Assembly (NCBI GenBank): GCA_002269645.1
Contig: NIVC01000381.1
Span: forward strand, 186,001-250,000
DNA from: Macrostomum lignano
Taxonomy: Eukaryota
Direction of reading: 5' to 3'
DNA: 64,000 nt
The translations under genes were made by a program, and so were the position numbers. Shown here one piece after another: positions 23,851 through 38,783 of the stretch; the first letter of the stretch is position 1, and each line of letters opens with the position of its first letter. The notes beneath the pieces are model-generated. The model was not told where the DNA came from, searched no databases, and saw only the letters and a list, made by a program, of their open reading frames with translations.

Positions 23851-26607
23851 ATGCCTTCATCATTGCCAGGGCCGCTTCTGCTATTGCTGTTGCTGCTTTC
23901 GGCGCAGCACAGCGCAATCCATGTCACAACAGAAAGCTCGCGCTACTGTCGATTGGAGCAGCTCCCTCAACAGGTTCGCATGATCACCTGCTCAGGTAGC
24001 GAAGTCACTGAAGTGCCCACCGTCGACGCCAGTCTGAATGCGAAGATATTCTACATGGACTCGTGTCCGATCGCTTACATCGGCCCCGACAGTTTTGCCA
24101 ACCTGACCGACTCGCTCACTTTTTTGAGCATTCGCACCACAGTTCCAATTGCTAATTTGAGCGGGCAAGCGTTTCGAAATCTGCACCTCCTCACTGAGCT
24201 CATGGTTGTGGCCTCCGCTATGCAGCCAACTGCGGTTAAGGCGGAACAACTTTTGAGTACTTTGTCCAGCTTGACATTCTTGCATCTGGAAAACGTGAAA
24301 CTTGGCCACTTGCCAAATGACTTCGTTTCGGGCACTAAGCTGTCAATCGTGCGTCTCATCAATGCCGACATTGTCAGCATCGAAAGCAGCGCATTTACTA
24401 GTCTATCCAGCCTTAGAGTTATCGAATTGTGCAAGAATCCCGCATCGACCTACATGACTAGCTTGCTACGCCAGATTGGCACAGTGGAAAACCTCACTAT
24501 GACTAATTGCGGCCTCACAACAATAGTGAACCCCAATTCAAGCTTCAGTCGGCTGACTCTCATGAACTTTGCGAATAATCAACTAACTCTATTAGACCTT
24601 CGAAGCTTTGCCAGTGCCGCTAAAACCCTGAAAGTGCTTGAACTAAACGGTAATAAGCTTGTTGCCGATGGTCTTCCTGGCCTGGGCTCGATGAGCGCTT
24701 TGCAACGCCTGTTCCTGAACAGCAACCCGATGAAAGAGATGCCCAACAATATAGGCCAGCTAGAGTCGCTAGAACTATTGGAGGCTCGCAAAACGCTCGT
24801 GTCCAACATCCGGGTTGGCGACTTTCACGAGCGGTCCCGACTCTACTCTTTGAAGCTGGACGATGCGCAGATCAATTTCATCGAGGTGACAGCATTTCAA
24901 CGACTGGGCCGACTGGCCGAACTCAGCCTGACTATTCCGGCTTCGCGGGTCCTCGTCCGCTCAGTGACGGATCCGCAACAAGCTAGCTGGTCAGAGGTGC
25001 TGACCAAATTACCTGCTCTGCGAAATCTTACTCTAAGCGGCCAAGGTGCAGAAATGCGCAGCGGCCTTGATGACACCGTGTGGCCAGGCCTAGTTGGTAA
25101 TCAGCAGCTGCGGCGACTTCTGTTGGACTACAATGTCATTACCAACGTGCCGGACTTTCAATTTGCCTGGTCGCGCCTCGATTTGCTGAGTTTGCGTAAC
25201 AACAAAATCGTGGAGCTTAACTCAGCAAGTCTCTACGGCCTGGCGCCGAATGCCATAGTGCAGCTGCAGGACAACAGCTTGTCCAGCCTGGACAACTGCA
25301 CTCTGGCTGGCCTGACCAGCTTGTCCAAAATCGGACTCGCTGGCAATCCTTGGCGCTGTGACTGCGCTCTGGTCTGGCTGCTCAACAGGATGCGTGCAGA
25401 GGCCGGCAACGACGCTCTAACCGGCGTCCTCTGCAACCAGCCTCTTAATTTGCGTGGCCGAGCTTGGTCTGACTTAACCGGCGCCGACTTCTGTCCCAGC
25501 GGAGCTCCAATCCCAGCCTCCTGCAAGATGCGCGAACCGCCGTCGACTCCGGCACCGACGCCGACGGCATTTCCTTACCCTCTGGACATCCGGCTCGCCA
25601 TGGAGCTAAGTGACGAGCTACTGGTGCGCCTGACCATCAATGCCAGCGGCCTCGCCAGCCGATTCGATCGCTACATCGTTAGATACGGCCCCGAGGCGGA
25701 CTACCAGCTGAGAAATAGCGTGCAAGAGGCGCTAATTTCTGTCAACTCGTTAGTCTTCCACGTAGACACTCTTCAACGGCATCGGTTTTGCGTCATACTT
25801 CAAGGACCAACGTCAGGCGATGTTGAAAGTCCAACTAACTGTCGTGTGTTCATGCCATCGCGAGCCGAGCAGCAACAACTGTCGCCTGCGCACATCTCAA
25901 TAGCAGTTATTGTCCCAGTGGTGGCGCTGGCCCTCATCGCACTACTAGTCTGCTGCCTGTTGCAACGACGCGCCAGACGCGACGAGGTCAAGACCGGCGC
26001 AGCTGGAATGGACGATTACAACTCCTACACCTATCTGGATACCGAGGATCCCAACAGCAGAGGCGCCCGATTTCAGAGCGCCAGAAAGCCCGAGAGTCGT
26101 CGATTTACTAAACGCAATGGCAGCACCACGCTGAATGGTTCGCGGCCGAGCTTGAACGCATCTGCGTCGAATCTGCAGCAGCAGTTGCAGCAGATGCAGC
26201 AGGTGAACCAGATCCAACAGATGCAACTGCACCAAATGCAGCGAATTCACAGCATGAGCCAATCCGCTATGCGGCAGTCAGCCTCCGATCCGTTCTCCAC
26301 CAGCCTGCCAATCGATCCGAGAGGTGCGATGCGGTCGGCTCAGAGCACCGACGCCCTGACTTCCATGCTGGCCACTGGACCAGCTGCTGGCGGGGGCGGC
26401 GGCGGCGGCGGCGGCTACGGCCGAGCTCGCAGCCAGGAGTTCGGTCTTGGCGATCACCCGCTGCTACAGCGCAGCCGGTCCGGCTTCGCCCAGTACCCGG
26501 CCGGCGCTGCTGACGACGTTCCGCCGCCGCTGCCGGAGAGGAACCCGGCGCTGCAGCCGCCCAAACAGGAGGAACAGCAGGAGGTCTACGAGGAGATGGA
26601 CGTATAG
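23851..26607 (+). CDS. Intronless leucine-rich-repeat type I transmembrane protein (signal peptide, LRR array, LRRCT, FN3-like domain, TM, disordered tail); FLRT/LRRN-like architecture
   Basis: ATG 23851 gives MPSSLPGPLLLLLLLLSAQ (signal). Many LxxLxLxxNxL repeats; LRRCT GNPWRCDC...C...C; TM ISIAVIVPVVALALIALLVCCLL; tail with PPLPER and YEEM. No TIR or kinase domain. Confidence 0.9.
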   Translation: MPSSLPGPLLLLLLLLSAQHSAIHVTTESSRYCRLEQLPQQVRMITCSGSEVTEVPTVDASLNAKIFYMDSCPIAYIGPDSFANLTDSLTFLSIRTTVPIANLSGQAFRNLHLLTELMVVASAMQPTAVKAEQLLSTLSSLTFLHLENVKLGHLPNDFVSGTKLSIVRLINADIVSIESSAFTSLSSLRVIELCKNPASTYMTSLLRQIGTVENLTMTNCGLTTIVNPNSSFSRLTLMNFANNQLTLLDLRSFASAAKTLKVLELNGNKLVADGLPGLGSMSALQRLFLNSNPMKEMPNNIGQLESLELLEARKTLVSNIRVGDFHERSRLYSLKLDDAQINFIEVTAFQRLGRLAELSLTIPASRVLVRSVTDPQQASWSEVLTKLPALRNLTLSGQGAEMRSGLDDTVWPGLVGNQQLRRLLLDYNVITNVPDFQFAWSRLDLLSLRNNKIVELNSASLYGLAPNAIVQLQDNSLSSLDNCTLAGLTSLSKIGLAGNPWRCDCALVWLLNRMRAEAGNDALTGVLCNQPLNLRGRAWSDLTGADFCPSGAPIPASCKMREPPSTPAPTPTAFPYPLDIRLAMELSDELLVRLTINASGLASRFDRYIVRYGPEADYQLRNSVQEALISVNSLVFHVDTLQRHRFCVILQGPTSGDVESPTNCRVFMPSRAEQQQLSPAHISIAVIVPVVALALIALLVCCLLQRRARRDEVKTGAAGMDDYNSYTYLDTEDPNSRGARFQSARKPESRRFTKRNGSTTLNGSRPSLNASASNLQQQLQQMQQVNQIQQMQLHQMQRIHSMSQSAMRQSASDPFSTSLPIDPRGAMRSAQSTDALTSMLATGPAAGGGGGGGGGYGRARSQEFGLGDHPLLQRSRSGFAQYPAGAADDVPPPLPERNPALQPPKQEEQQEVYEEMDV

Positions 26608-27292
26608 CCTAGACAGAATTTTGATTTAAAATTCGAAAATTACTTTTCATGAAATCCCGAGTTTTTGTACGAATCTGTTTTGCATGCCCCAGGCACAGTG
26701 CGTCTGCCCTGCATAAGTTCTGTTTATTTGTACATAGCGAATCCTGATTCAAGAGCTCGAAACTCCAGAAGACTCTGACTTGCTAGTTTATAATGTTCAT
26801 AATTCATTCATTTATCTACACGATCTGTCCTTTGCAATAGACCAGCAGCTGTCACCGTCTTCACCCCAATGGCCCTCTTTTAACAACTTTGCGACTATTA
26901 TAAAACAATAATCTCTAGCCCTGCACCTGATACATGTGCATAAACATAGCATATTAATGTAAAGCAAAATTCTGTACAACATGAACTAGCTGTCAGTAAT
27001 TGTTCAACTAAACTGCCTCGATTTAATAGTTTTATTCGACTAACTGTAAACTGTAAATGAACATTTTGTCGTAGTGCGCGAGAACTGTGCACCGCCATTC
27101 TCCAAATTTATAAGTATTTTTTTGATGAATTAATAAAACTGATTAAATTTAAACTTCATTGCGAACAACTATTACGTCATGTTTCTCAAACAGCAAATAA
27201 TTCTAACATCTCTTCGAATGAGTCGATTTAGGAGGACCACGGCTACAGAATTACTAACTTGAGAATGAGTTGAGAATGAGTCGAGAATGAGA

Positions 27293-27656
27293 GGGGGCCG
27301 TAGCCCAGCGGTAGCGCAGCTGCTCTGGTGTGCCAGCGACCCAGGCTCGATCCCAAGTGCAGTCACATTAATTTGGGGCTGAATTGGAATCTCGGCTTGG
27401 CTCTGCTCGTGCAATTAACGGCCTTGAGAGCCAACCCCCCAAGGCGCAGTGAAGTGTACATGCCTAACGATAATATAAAGTTAGGGCCGCTGTACACTCC
27501 TGTGTGAGTGTGTGCCTGCGTACGTATCCGCGCGCTTGTGTGCCTGCTCAGGGGAGTCGGCGGAATGGCCAGTAATGCCTCTCGCCGGTTGTGTGCCTAT
27601 GTCGCTTAAAGTGCGCCATGCAGGTGCACACAACCCCCCTGCCTCTAGTAAAAAAA
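27293..27656 (+). mobile_element. tRNA-derived SINE-like element
   Basis: Head GGGGGCCGTAGCCCAGCGGTAG with A-box-like TAGCCCAGCGG (27301-27311) and B-box-like GGCTCGATCCC (27344-27354). It ends in an A-run. Its 3' half recurs at 44387-44534. Confidence 0.65.
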
Positions 27657-27880
27657 GTCGAGAATGAGTCGAGAATGAGAAGAGAATGAGTCGAGAATAA
27701 GTCGAGATTGGATCATGAATGACTTGAGAATTGATCAAGAATGAGTAGAGAATGAGCTGAGAATGAGTCGAGAATGAGCTGAGAATAAGTCGAGAATGAG
27801 TCGAGAATGAGTCGAGAATGAGTCGAGAATGAGTCGGAGAATGAGTCGAGAATGAGTCGAGAATGAGTCGACAATGATCA
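27657..27880. repeat. 11-bp minisatellite (GAGAATGAGTC)n, also present on the left of the SINE (27258-27292)
   Basis: Direct reading. Confidence 0.9.
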
Positions 27881-28796
27881 GTCTCAATGATCAAATGTCA
27901 TCAGCAATCCATTCTATTTTAAGCTAAGTCCAATTTGACTAAAAAATTACGCAATTAACCTACCCATACGAGAAATGTCTATCCAGCATGTACGATACCC
28001 AAATGCCAAAACGTAAATGTCTTTTTGCGTAGCTCACACTATACATATCAGGCAACGCATACTAGCTCGTATCAATACATGCATGTCTACTCTGGGAATA
28101 CGAGTATGGGTTAATTATTAATCGTTCTTTTTTAAAGACACTTTCTCAGTTGTTTTATTTACGCGCACTTTCTTATCGTATATCCTTCTCCGCTCACGTG
28201 ATTTAAGCTCAAGGGGATAAGCACAGTTGCTATCCCTAATCAACCAAAATCACCGCGGGCCCATTTACAATTCTGCAGCGATCCTCATACGCCAGCAGCC
28301 AACAGCTGCATAATAAAAATCCCAAGACCACAGGATTCCCCACCTCAAAAAATATTGTCCAGCATATAGATAAAGAGCAAGTTAACAAAAAAGTTCTCTT
28401 TTCCAACAACGCTGGTTCTGAAAGCGGCTTCGTCATCGCGACGCGCGCCACCGTTGGAACGCAACGCCAAATATGGAATTCGTCGGCTGACTGGGCCCAG
28501 ACAGAAATCCTAGAAGTCACGTTCCCCTCTCTCTCTTGCTTTCCTGCTCCCATTTCGAACGCTTCGACCGGGCATCCAGAGACGAATTCGGGAAAGAAAT
28601 TTTGGCAGCGAAAAAGAAAGACGGAGGGAGACACTGCCAGTGCGCTGGGCTGGCACCCACCGGCTCCCTGCACCACCCTGATGACTCATCACGCGGCTGC
28701 GGTACCGCATTAGCAGGCCGCCCAGAATCCTCTAAACAAGCAGCTATATAAGAACTATAAAATTTTTAACCTGCTTTTTTGCCTTCGACTTGCAAC

Positions 28797-31529
<2,733 letters not shown>

Positions 31530-32606
31530 GTCAACCGGATAAACATTGTATAGTCAATGGTTTTAAAATGGACCTTTTGGAGGTAAAAAAATAAATTAAA
31601 ATTATGTACAAGCGCGCAGCCGATTCTGTAATAAGGTTAATATTACATTTAAGTGAATTTATAAGCTCTCTTGGTTTTAATATCACCTCACTTTTCACTT
31701 GCCACTGCATGGTATTACATGTACGTCCTACGATATTACTGAGTGAGTACTATCTATTCATACTAAATTGATTCAATTTTGCTTACATCAGTTATTTGTT
31801 TTTATGTGCACGCATGCCTGGCTAACAGTAAATAAAAAATTGTTTAAATGCATGCTATGCTGCAGGCATCTGCGAAAATTTGCTGCTAAAATATGAAGAA
31901 TATATAAGCAAAAATGTAACTTGCTTTGGTTATTTCTTAGACAGCTTAAAAACAACTATAAAAAACTCTCGTTTCAAGACTACTACTTTGAGTAGAAGAG
32001 TGAGCTCTGGCCAAAATATTTTATTATCACATTATTAAATTGTAGAATTTGTAAGAATATAAGCATTAGTCTATCTAAGCAAACAGATTCCACAGATAAA
32101 ATTAGGGTAAATTCTAGGTCAAAAAGAAGTACGCAAAATAAAACTACAGTTTTATTATCTTTCAGTACAGCTGAGTGGTCAGAGTGCATCAAGAGACCAA
32201 AGTGCATTTGTAGAAAGTTCCTAAAAACCTTTGTTTTTTATTATAACAAATATAAAAGATATAATAGTCAGTGAAGGGACAGTGCTATAATTATTGAAGG
32301 CAGATTATTAGTTAAAAACAAAAATATATTCGGCTATAAAATCCAGTAAAAATATTTACACAGTAAGGCATTTATTACAGACTCAAAGATTGAATAACAG
32401 CGCACTAATTTCTTACAGAAAAATCCTGACACAACCTGCCGCAAAAAACTTTCCATTGGCTGCTTTAAAAGTTGCTTGTGCAGGTGTTACCAGAGGACAA
32501 GAAATTGAAATAATGAAAAAATCATATCCAAAGGTCGTCTGCTTGAACCGCTGTGTAAAATAAATTATATATTTTAAATAAAATTAATCCATCTTTATAA
32601 AAGTTT

Positions 32607-33939
32607 TCATTTCTTCGCGAGACTTTTGCGTGTTTGATAGCCCCGGAAATTTGCTTGAATTTTCGTGGCCGCCTGCTGCTCCTCAGTTGCGTTGGCCGCC
32701 TCGTCGCCATTCTGCTGCTCGGATTGCTGGAATTCCATGTGAATTACATTTTATGATAATCAAGTGCGCCTTAACTACTAAACAGTAAGTAGAATATTAG
32801 AATACGAAGAAGGAAATGAAAATTTTTTCAATTTAATGAAAACCAATAACTTTAATATCGTCACTCAAAATGTCTCAGTGTCCGAGTGTCTTAATGTCAG
32901 AGTGTCTCAGTGTCAGAGTGTCTCAATGTAAGAGTGTCTTAATGTCTTAATGTCTTAATGTCAGAGTGTCCTAATGTCAGAGTGTCTCAATGTCAGAGTG
33001 TCTCAATGTCAGAATTTCTTAATGTCCGAGTGTCTTAATGTCCAAGTGTCTTAATGTCAGAGTGTCCTAATGTCAGAGTGTCTCAATGTAAGAGTGTCTT
33101 AATGTCAGAATTTCTTAATGTCCGAGTGTCTTAATGTCCAAGTGTCTTAATGTCAGAGTGTCCTAATGTCAGAGTGTCTCAATGTAAGAGTGTCTTAATG
33201 TCAGAATGTCTTAATGTCCAAGTGTCTTAATGTCAGAGTGTCCCAATGTCAGAGTGTCTAATTGTCCAAGTGTCTTAATGTCAGAGTGTCTTAATGTCAG
33301 AGTGTCTTAATGTCCAAGAGTTTTAATGTCAGAGTGTCCTAATGTCAGAGTGTCTTAGTGTCCAAAGTATCTTAACGTCAGAGTGTCTTAATGTCAGAGT
33401 GTCTTAATGTCAGAGTGTCTTAACGTCAGAATGTCTTAATGTCCGAGTCTCTTGATATCAGAGTGTCTCAATGTCCGAGTGTCTTAGTGTCCCAAGTGTC
33501 CTTGTGTCCAAAGTGTCTTAGTGTCCAAAGTGTCTTAGTGTCCGAGTGTCTTAGTCTTTGAGAGTCTTAGCGCATTAGTGCAGTGGCCTACCAATAGTAA
33601 AAAAGTAACAGCCTACTCACCTGAGCAGCCACAAACTCCTCCCTAGTCTTGAAGCCATCGAATGCCGCCTGAATAGTCTCAGCCGCCGTGTCCTCATCCA
33701 TCGCATCCTTGCTGGGATCCGCTGGCCCCTCCTTGCCGGCATTGTTCTCAGCGAACTGCTGTCTGGTTAGAAAGCCTTCAAAAGCGGCCTGAATTGTCTC
33801 GGCAGCCTTGGTCTCGTCTTGCTGCACGTGCTGCGGCTTCTGGTTGAAGAAGACGTAGTCAAATAGCCCGGCGAGGTCGTAAAACACCTCGCTGTCATCT
33901 CGATCGCCGAGTACCTTGGAAATTAAGGGAAAGATGTTG

Positions 33940-34022
<83 letters not shown>

Positions 34023-34033
34023 GGATAGATAGG

Positions 34034-34116
<83 letters not shown>

Positions 34117-36798
34117 ATAGATAGATGGATAGATAGACATACATAGGCAGACTCACAATGCACAGCTTGCCGGCAAGATCAAAGTGCCGCACTACAGGCA
34201 GCGTGTGCTCCTTAAAATAGGACATCCGCTTTGACACGGCGGCAATGTTGTCACCCAGGCCGCCCTGCTCGCGGCCCCTGGCCAACAGCCGGCGCACCAT
34301 GTAGGTCTCCTCGCAGTCCAGCAGCACGGTGAGGTCGGGCTGGCCAACGGTTTTGTACAGGTCGCGCAGCTGGTTGGCGTTGATCGGGTAGCCCTCCAGC
34401 AGGATGCAATTCGCTCCGCGGCCTTTTTCTGTCAACAGTCGACGCAATTCTGCTGCGTCAACTTCCTCGTCCAGGTCGCCCTGAGTGGCGATGTCGACTA
34501 GCGCGGACCAGGCGGCGTTGGCTCCGGCACCAAGCGACCTGTTGCGCGCCTCCTCGGAGGCGTTGATGTGCACGAAGCCCGCGTAGCGCTCGGCGACTCG
34601 GCGCAGCTGACTGGACCTGCCGCTGCCCGGGCCGCCCATCACCAGCACTATCGGGCACTGCGGCAGGTCCGACGGCCGCTTCACCGGCTCGGGCACGTTT
34701 TCGATCTCCTCGATGTACGTGACGGCCGAAGCAGACACCGCGGCAGCCTCCGACTCTTCTTCGGTGTCGTCTCTCGAGTCGGCGCCCCCTCGCCGGCCTT
34801 TGGCGCCTTCTTGGGCCCGGCGCTGGTGTCGACAGGATCGTAGAAGGCGTCCATTGCTCGGGCAGCCTCGGCAAACACGGAGGCATCGTCAAGGTCCTCG
34901 TCAACCGGCACAACAACAAGTCGACGCGCCTCGTCGTAGATTTGACAGGCTGGCAGGCCGGCCGACCGGAAGTGGCCGATGCGGCGGCCGATGTTAGCGG
35001 GCTGGTCCTCGATGGCGCCGAGGCGGTGGTATCGCCGAAGCAGCCGCTCCTGAAGCAGGTCCTCCTCAAAGTCGAGCAGCAGGGCACGGTCTGGCTGCTT
35101 GATCTGAGTTCAGAACAGTGGAGTTGAGTAGCGGATTGAGGATGCTCATGTGCGACCGGTGCACAAATTTTATGCAATTCCGGCTGTGAATCTCCGCTGC
35201 AACGTCTTCGATGCCCATGAGCGTTTACCAACAGAAGTACGAGTAGTACTTCTTAGTGCAACAGTAGTAGCAACTATAGGGAGTGCGCCTCTGTCTTTCT
35301 ATTCAGATAAAAACGATAAAGACGTCAGGGTGCCCTCCACCTAAATTCCAGCAAGACGCTCTACACTTACGTGCTCAGCAATGGCGTCGACCTGCTCAGG
35401 CGAGCGCGGGTAGCCTTCAACAAACACGCCTCGGCAGCGTCCGTCGGCCACCAATTGATTGACGGCGTCGATCAGCGCCGGCAGCAGCAGGTCTTCTGGC
35501 ACAGCGTCGCCGCGTTCGAAAGCGGCCGCCGCCACTGCCCAGCGTTGACGCGAGGCGTCGCGCGAATCCCGGATGCCGTTGCGGACCAGGTCACCGACGC
35601 ACAAGCTGGCGAAGCCGTACCGCTGGGCCAGGTGGCGGCAGATGACCCGCTTGCCGCTGCCGGGACCGCCCAGCACCAGCACTAGCGGGCAGGTGAGCGG
35701 CGCCGTCAGCTTCTGCAAATTAGACGAGTCGGAGAGGGCCGACGATTCTCTGACGGCTACGGCGGCGGCCGCTGCGACCTGCTGTCGGCTGGCGTCTTCG
35801 ACAGCTTCGTAATTGGCGGAGTTTCCGCCGCCACCGATGGGCGGTAGGACCGGCTTCTTTTCGCCCAAATCAGACACCGATGAGGCTGGTAAAAAGTTTG
35901 TTTGGAGGCAAATGAAGAGCTAGGGGATAATTAAGATCAACATGCGCATGGATACGTACGCAAGTACATACACCTTTATGAGTAACCATTACTCTCATTG
36001 TCTGGCAGTGTGTACCTACTCCCTGCCCTGAGGATTGGCTTTCATTGTTTATCTCTGGCCTGTTCATCAATTTCATTGTTTATCTATGACCCGTGTATGA
36101 ATGCCATTGTTTATCTCTGGCCTGTGTTATCAACTTCATTGTTTATCTCTAGCCTGTGTTATCAACTTCATTGTTTATCTCTGGCCTGTGTTATCAACTT
36201 CATTGTTTATTTATGGCTTATATTATCAACTTCTTTGTTTATCTCTGGCCTGTGTTATCAACTTCATCAACTTCATTGTTTATATATGGCTCGTGTTATC
36301 AATACCATGGTTCAGTGGTGGCCAAACTATTGCTTGTCTAACAAAAAGACAACAGAAATATTGTCGAACAGGAATATTAACAGTCTTTGGTTTTTAGACT
36401 CATCATACATATACACTTAGTAGCAAGTATTAAGCATGACTGTAGCTCGTAGCAGAATTTGCAGCCAATTTCACTTACTGTGGCTGGTCGATCGCTTTGC
36501 GGACCTTGGTGGCGTCACCGGGGGCAGCGGCGTCTTGGCCCGCTTAGCCTCAAGGAAGAGGTCCCAGCGCACTCCGGAGACACCCTGTACTTTGATCTTG
36601 TCCAGGCACTGCTGCAGGTAGGCAATGTGATCCGATGGTCTGTGGTACATCAGGCCGGTCATGAGGCACTGCGGTTAAGAGTTTAGGATAAAATAGTAAA
36701 TTTCTTGCTGTTTAAATATTTTTCTTTGTTATTTTCATACTTACCTCAAAGAGTTGCGGGATCTGTTTCTTGGAAACGTACTCTTTTGCGTCGGACAT
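32607..36798 (-). CDS. AK5: Adenylate kinase 5-like: N-terminal RIIa/Dpy-30-type docking domain, two AK domains, C-terminal IQ motifs. Exons 36798-36745, 36668-36479, 35885-35371, 35103-34157 (1-nt frameshift near 34787), 33914-33621, 32726-32607
   Basis: N-terminus [40 protein letters not shown] closely parallels the AK5 N-terminus as I recall it. P-loops GGPGSGK and GGPGSGR; EGYPR motif; VFYDL C-terminal motif; last exon [16 protein letters not shown]. All introns are GT-AG with matching phases. Confidence 0.85.
32870..33565. repeat. 16-bp-based degenerate minisatellite (TGTCAGAGTGTCTTAA) in last AK5 intron
   Basis: Direct reading. Confidence 0.92.
33938..34138. repeat. (GATA)n microsatellite in AK5 intron
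   Basis: Direct reading. Confidence 0.96.
36035..36300. repeat. ~32-bp minisatellite (TTCATTGTTTATCTCTGGCCTGTGTTATCAAC) in AK5 intron 2
   Basis: Direct reading. Confidence 0.88.
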
Positions 36799-38783
36799 TT
36801 TAACTCTAGCTGTGGACGATTTAGGCTGAAAAAATCATCCAGTCGTTATTATAGCATAATTTTATTGCATCAGGATCAGTAGGACATAATTAAAACATTT
36901 TAAATCTGTATAACGTTTTTCTAAATAAAAAAATTTAATAAACAGAAATCAATTCAAGTACTACATATATCATACTTTATAATACAGAGCCTATGATTTT
37001 CATTATAAAAATGCTACCAAATAAAAATCTGATTTGGGTATTACAAACTTGTGTGAAATGTCATGAAGGAAATAGATATAAAGGTTTAAAATCAAAATTG
37101 ATTTTTCAACATCCATTCATACATTATCATACACACATCACATGTATTCATTCAATTAAACGCTTTTATCAAATGCTTTTTGAAATTTTTAAAACCATTG
37201 GCATTATGGCATTAAGATCTAACTATCGTTTACAATTAATCAGAAAGTGCATTAAAAAGGAATTTTTTAAGTGCAATTAAAATATGTTTTTTAATAGTAA
37301 GCAGTAAACACGTTATCGCAAACATGCACATAATATTCATAAACAAAAATAAATTAATCTGGCTATTGTTCAATCCTTTAAATTGCTTTATATGTACGTC
37401 ATGGCTACATATGAGAATCGGAAGAAGAAATGGTAACGCTAGAAAGGCGGAAATTGCACAATTTCAGAAAGAATAATTTGACAAATGGCAATTTCGAGTC
37501 TCCGACGTGACTATTAATGAGAAATTGTAAGCGTAGTCTAAAGCAATATATTTGCTAGTAAAAACACTTTTTATTTCACACGTCAGTTCCTGCCTGCTCT
37601 TAACTATAGATATGATAAGAAGAGAAATCTCCATTATTTAAGATTTTGCCGTTGTGCAAGGCGAAGACAATTCGTGGGTAAACTGAATATCGAATTCTGA
37701 AGTTGAACCTTTGTTTAAAAGCCTTGACAACCCAATATTTAAGTTGCTTTTGAACAAAGTAAACAAGAAAAATATATTATGCTTTATTATCACTAAAAAA
37801 TTGGTACTTTAATTTTGTAATACATAGAAATGATATGCTTTGTTATAGCTTTTAAACAAAAAATTTAAATGGATTCAATTTGGACTCTAGTCTATACGAG
37901 TTTTGCAATATGGTATTTGAAAGAACGCGGAAATGTTATTAACGATACTTGGACGACTAATGAAGCGAAAGAAAAAGCAAGGAGTTAAAAAAAGTATTGC
38001 GTGAAATTTATGTATGTAGTTGTCGGTATTTGCACAAAACAGCTTAGTCCTTACGTTATAAAAGTAAATTTATATAGATTTTAATTAGATGACAACAAAA
38101 TTGTATAAAATATAAAATTTGAAAGAGCGCATAGGGTTTTTTTGCGGTTTTTACGGATGGACTAAAAACAGGTACCGTATGGCTTTGATGCAAACAACGG
38201 TTCATCCAAAATGCAATAGATTGTATGCATTAATCTGTCAATGAAAAATATCGAGTATAAGGATTGCTCATAATATTTGGCGATTATTGTATACATGTAA
38301 ATATTCTGTTTGAAGGCCTAAAAACCATCTAACGACTTATGGTCATTAAATAGAAATTTTTTCTATTGAAATAGAAACTTCTCTGCAGAAATGCGCCAAG
38401 GAACCGTACCAAGGACGTTAATCGTGATGGTGGGAATTAGAATACGCGGACTCTCAGTACTTTACTGCTATACATGTATATAAAACATGCTGAATATTTC
38501 AGGTAAATAAATTTAACTGTACATGACATCGTAAATTTGGAATTGGAATTGTACCTATGTACTAATCGTAATTAAATAATTAGTGCTAAAATATTGTCTC
38601 CTATTCCTGAAGTAATCTTAAATACACAGAAATATATTGGCCAAACAGGCTTCTTGCCTGAGCCAACTTACTTACTTACTTACTACTACTACTCATTCAT
38701 GTGATCGTGTGCTAAATCTGATTGCATTAAAACGCCTTAAAATCGCAATTTAAATCGCTTTTGTTTCGCCAGTTTCAGTATTT

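Noticed and set aside
27293-27365. Functional tRNA gene
   Set aside because: A/B boxes are present but I could not fold a convincing cloverleaf, and the sequence continues into a repeated body and A-tail, so I called it SINE-like.
34780-34795. Programmed -1 ribosomal frameshift in AK5
   Set aside because: No canonical X XXY YYZ slippery heptamer; a homopolymer indel is more parsimonious.
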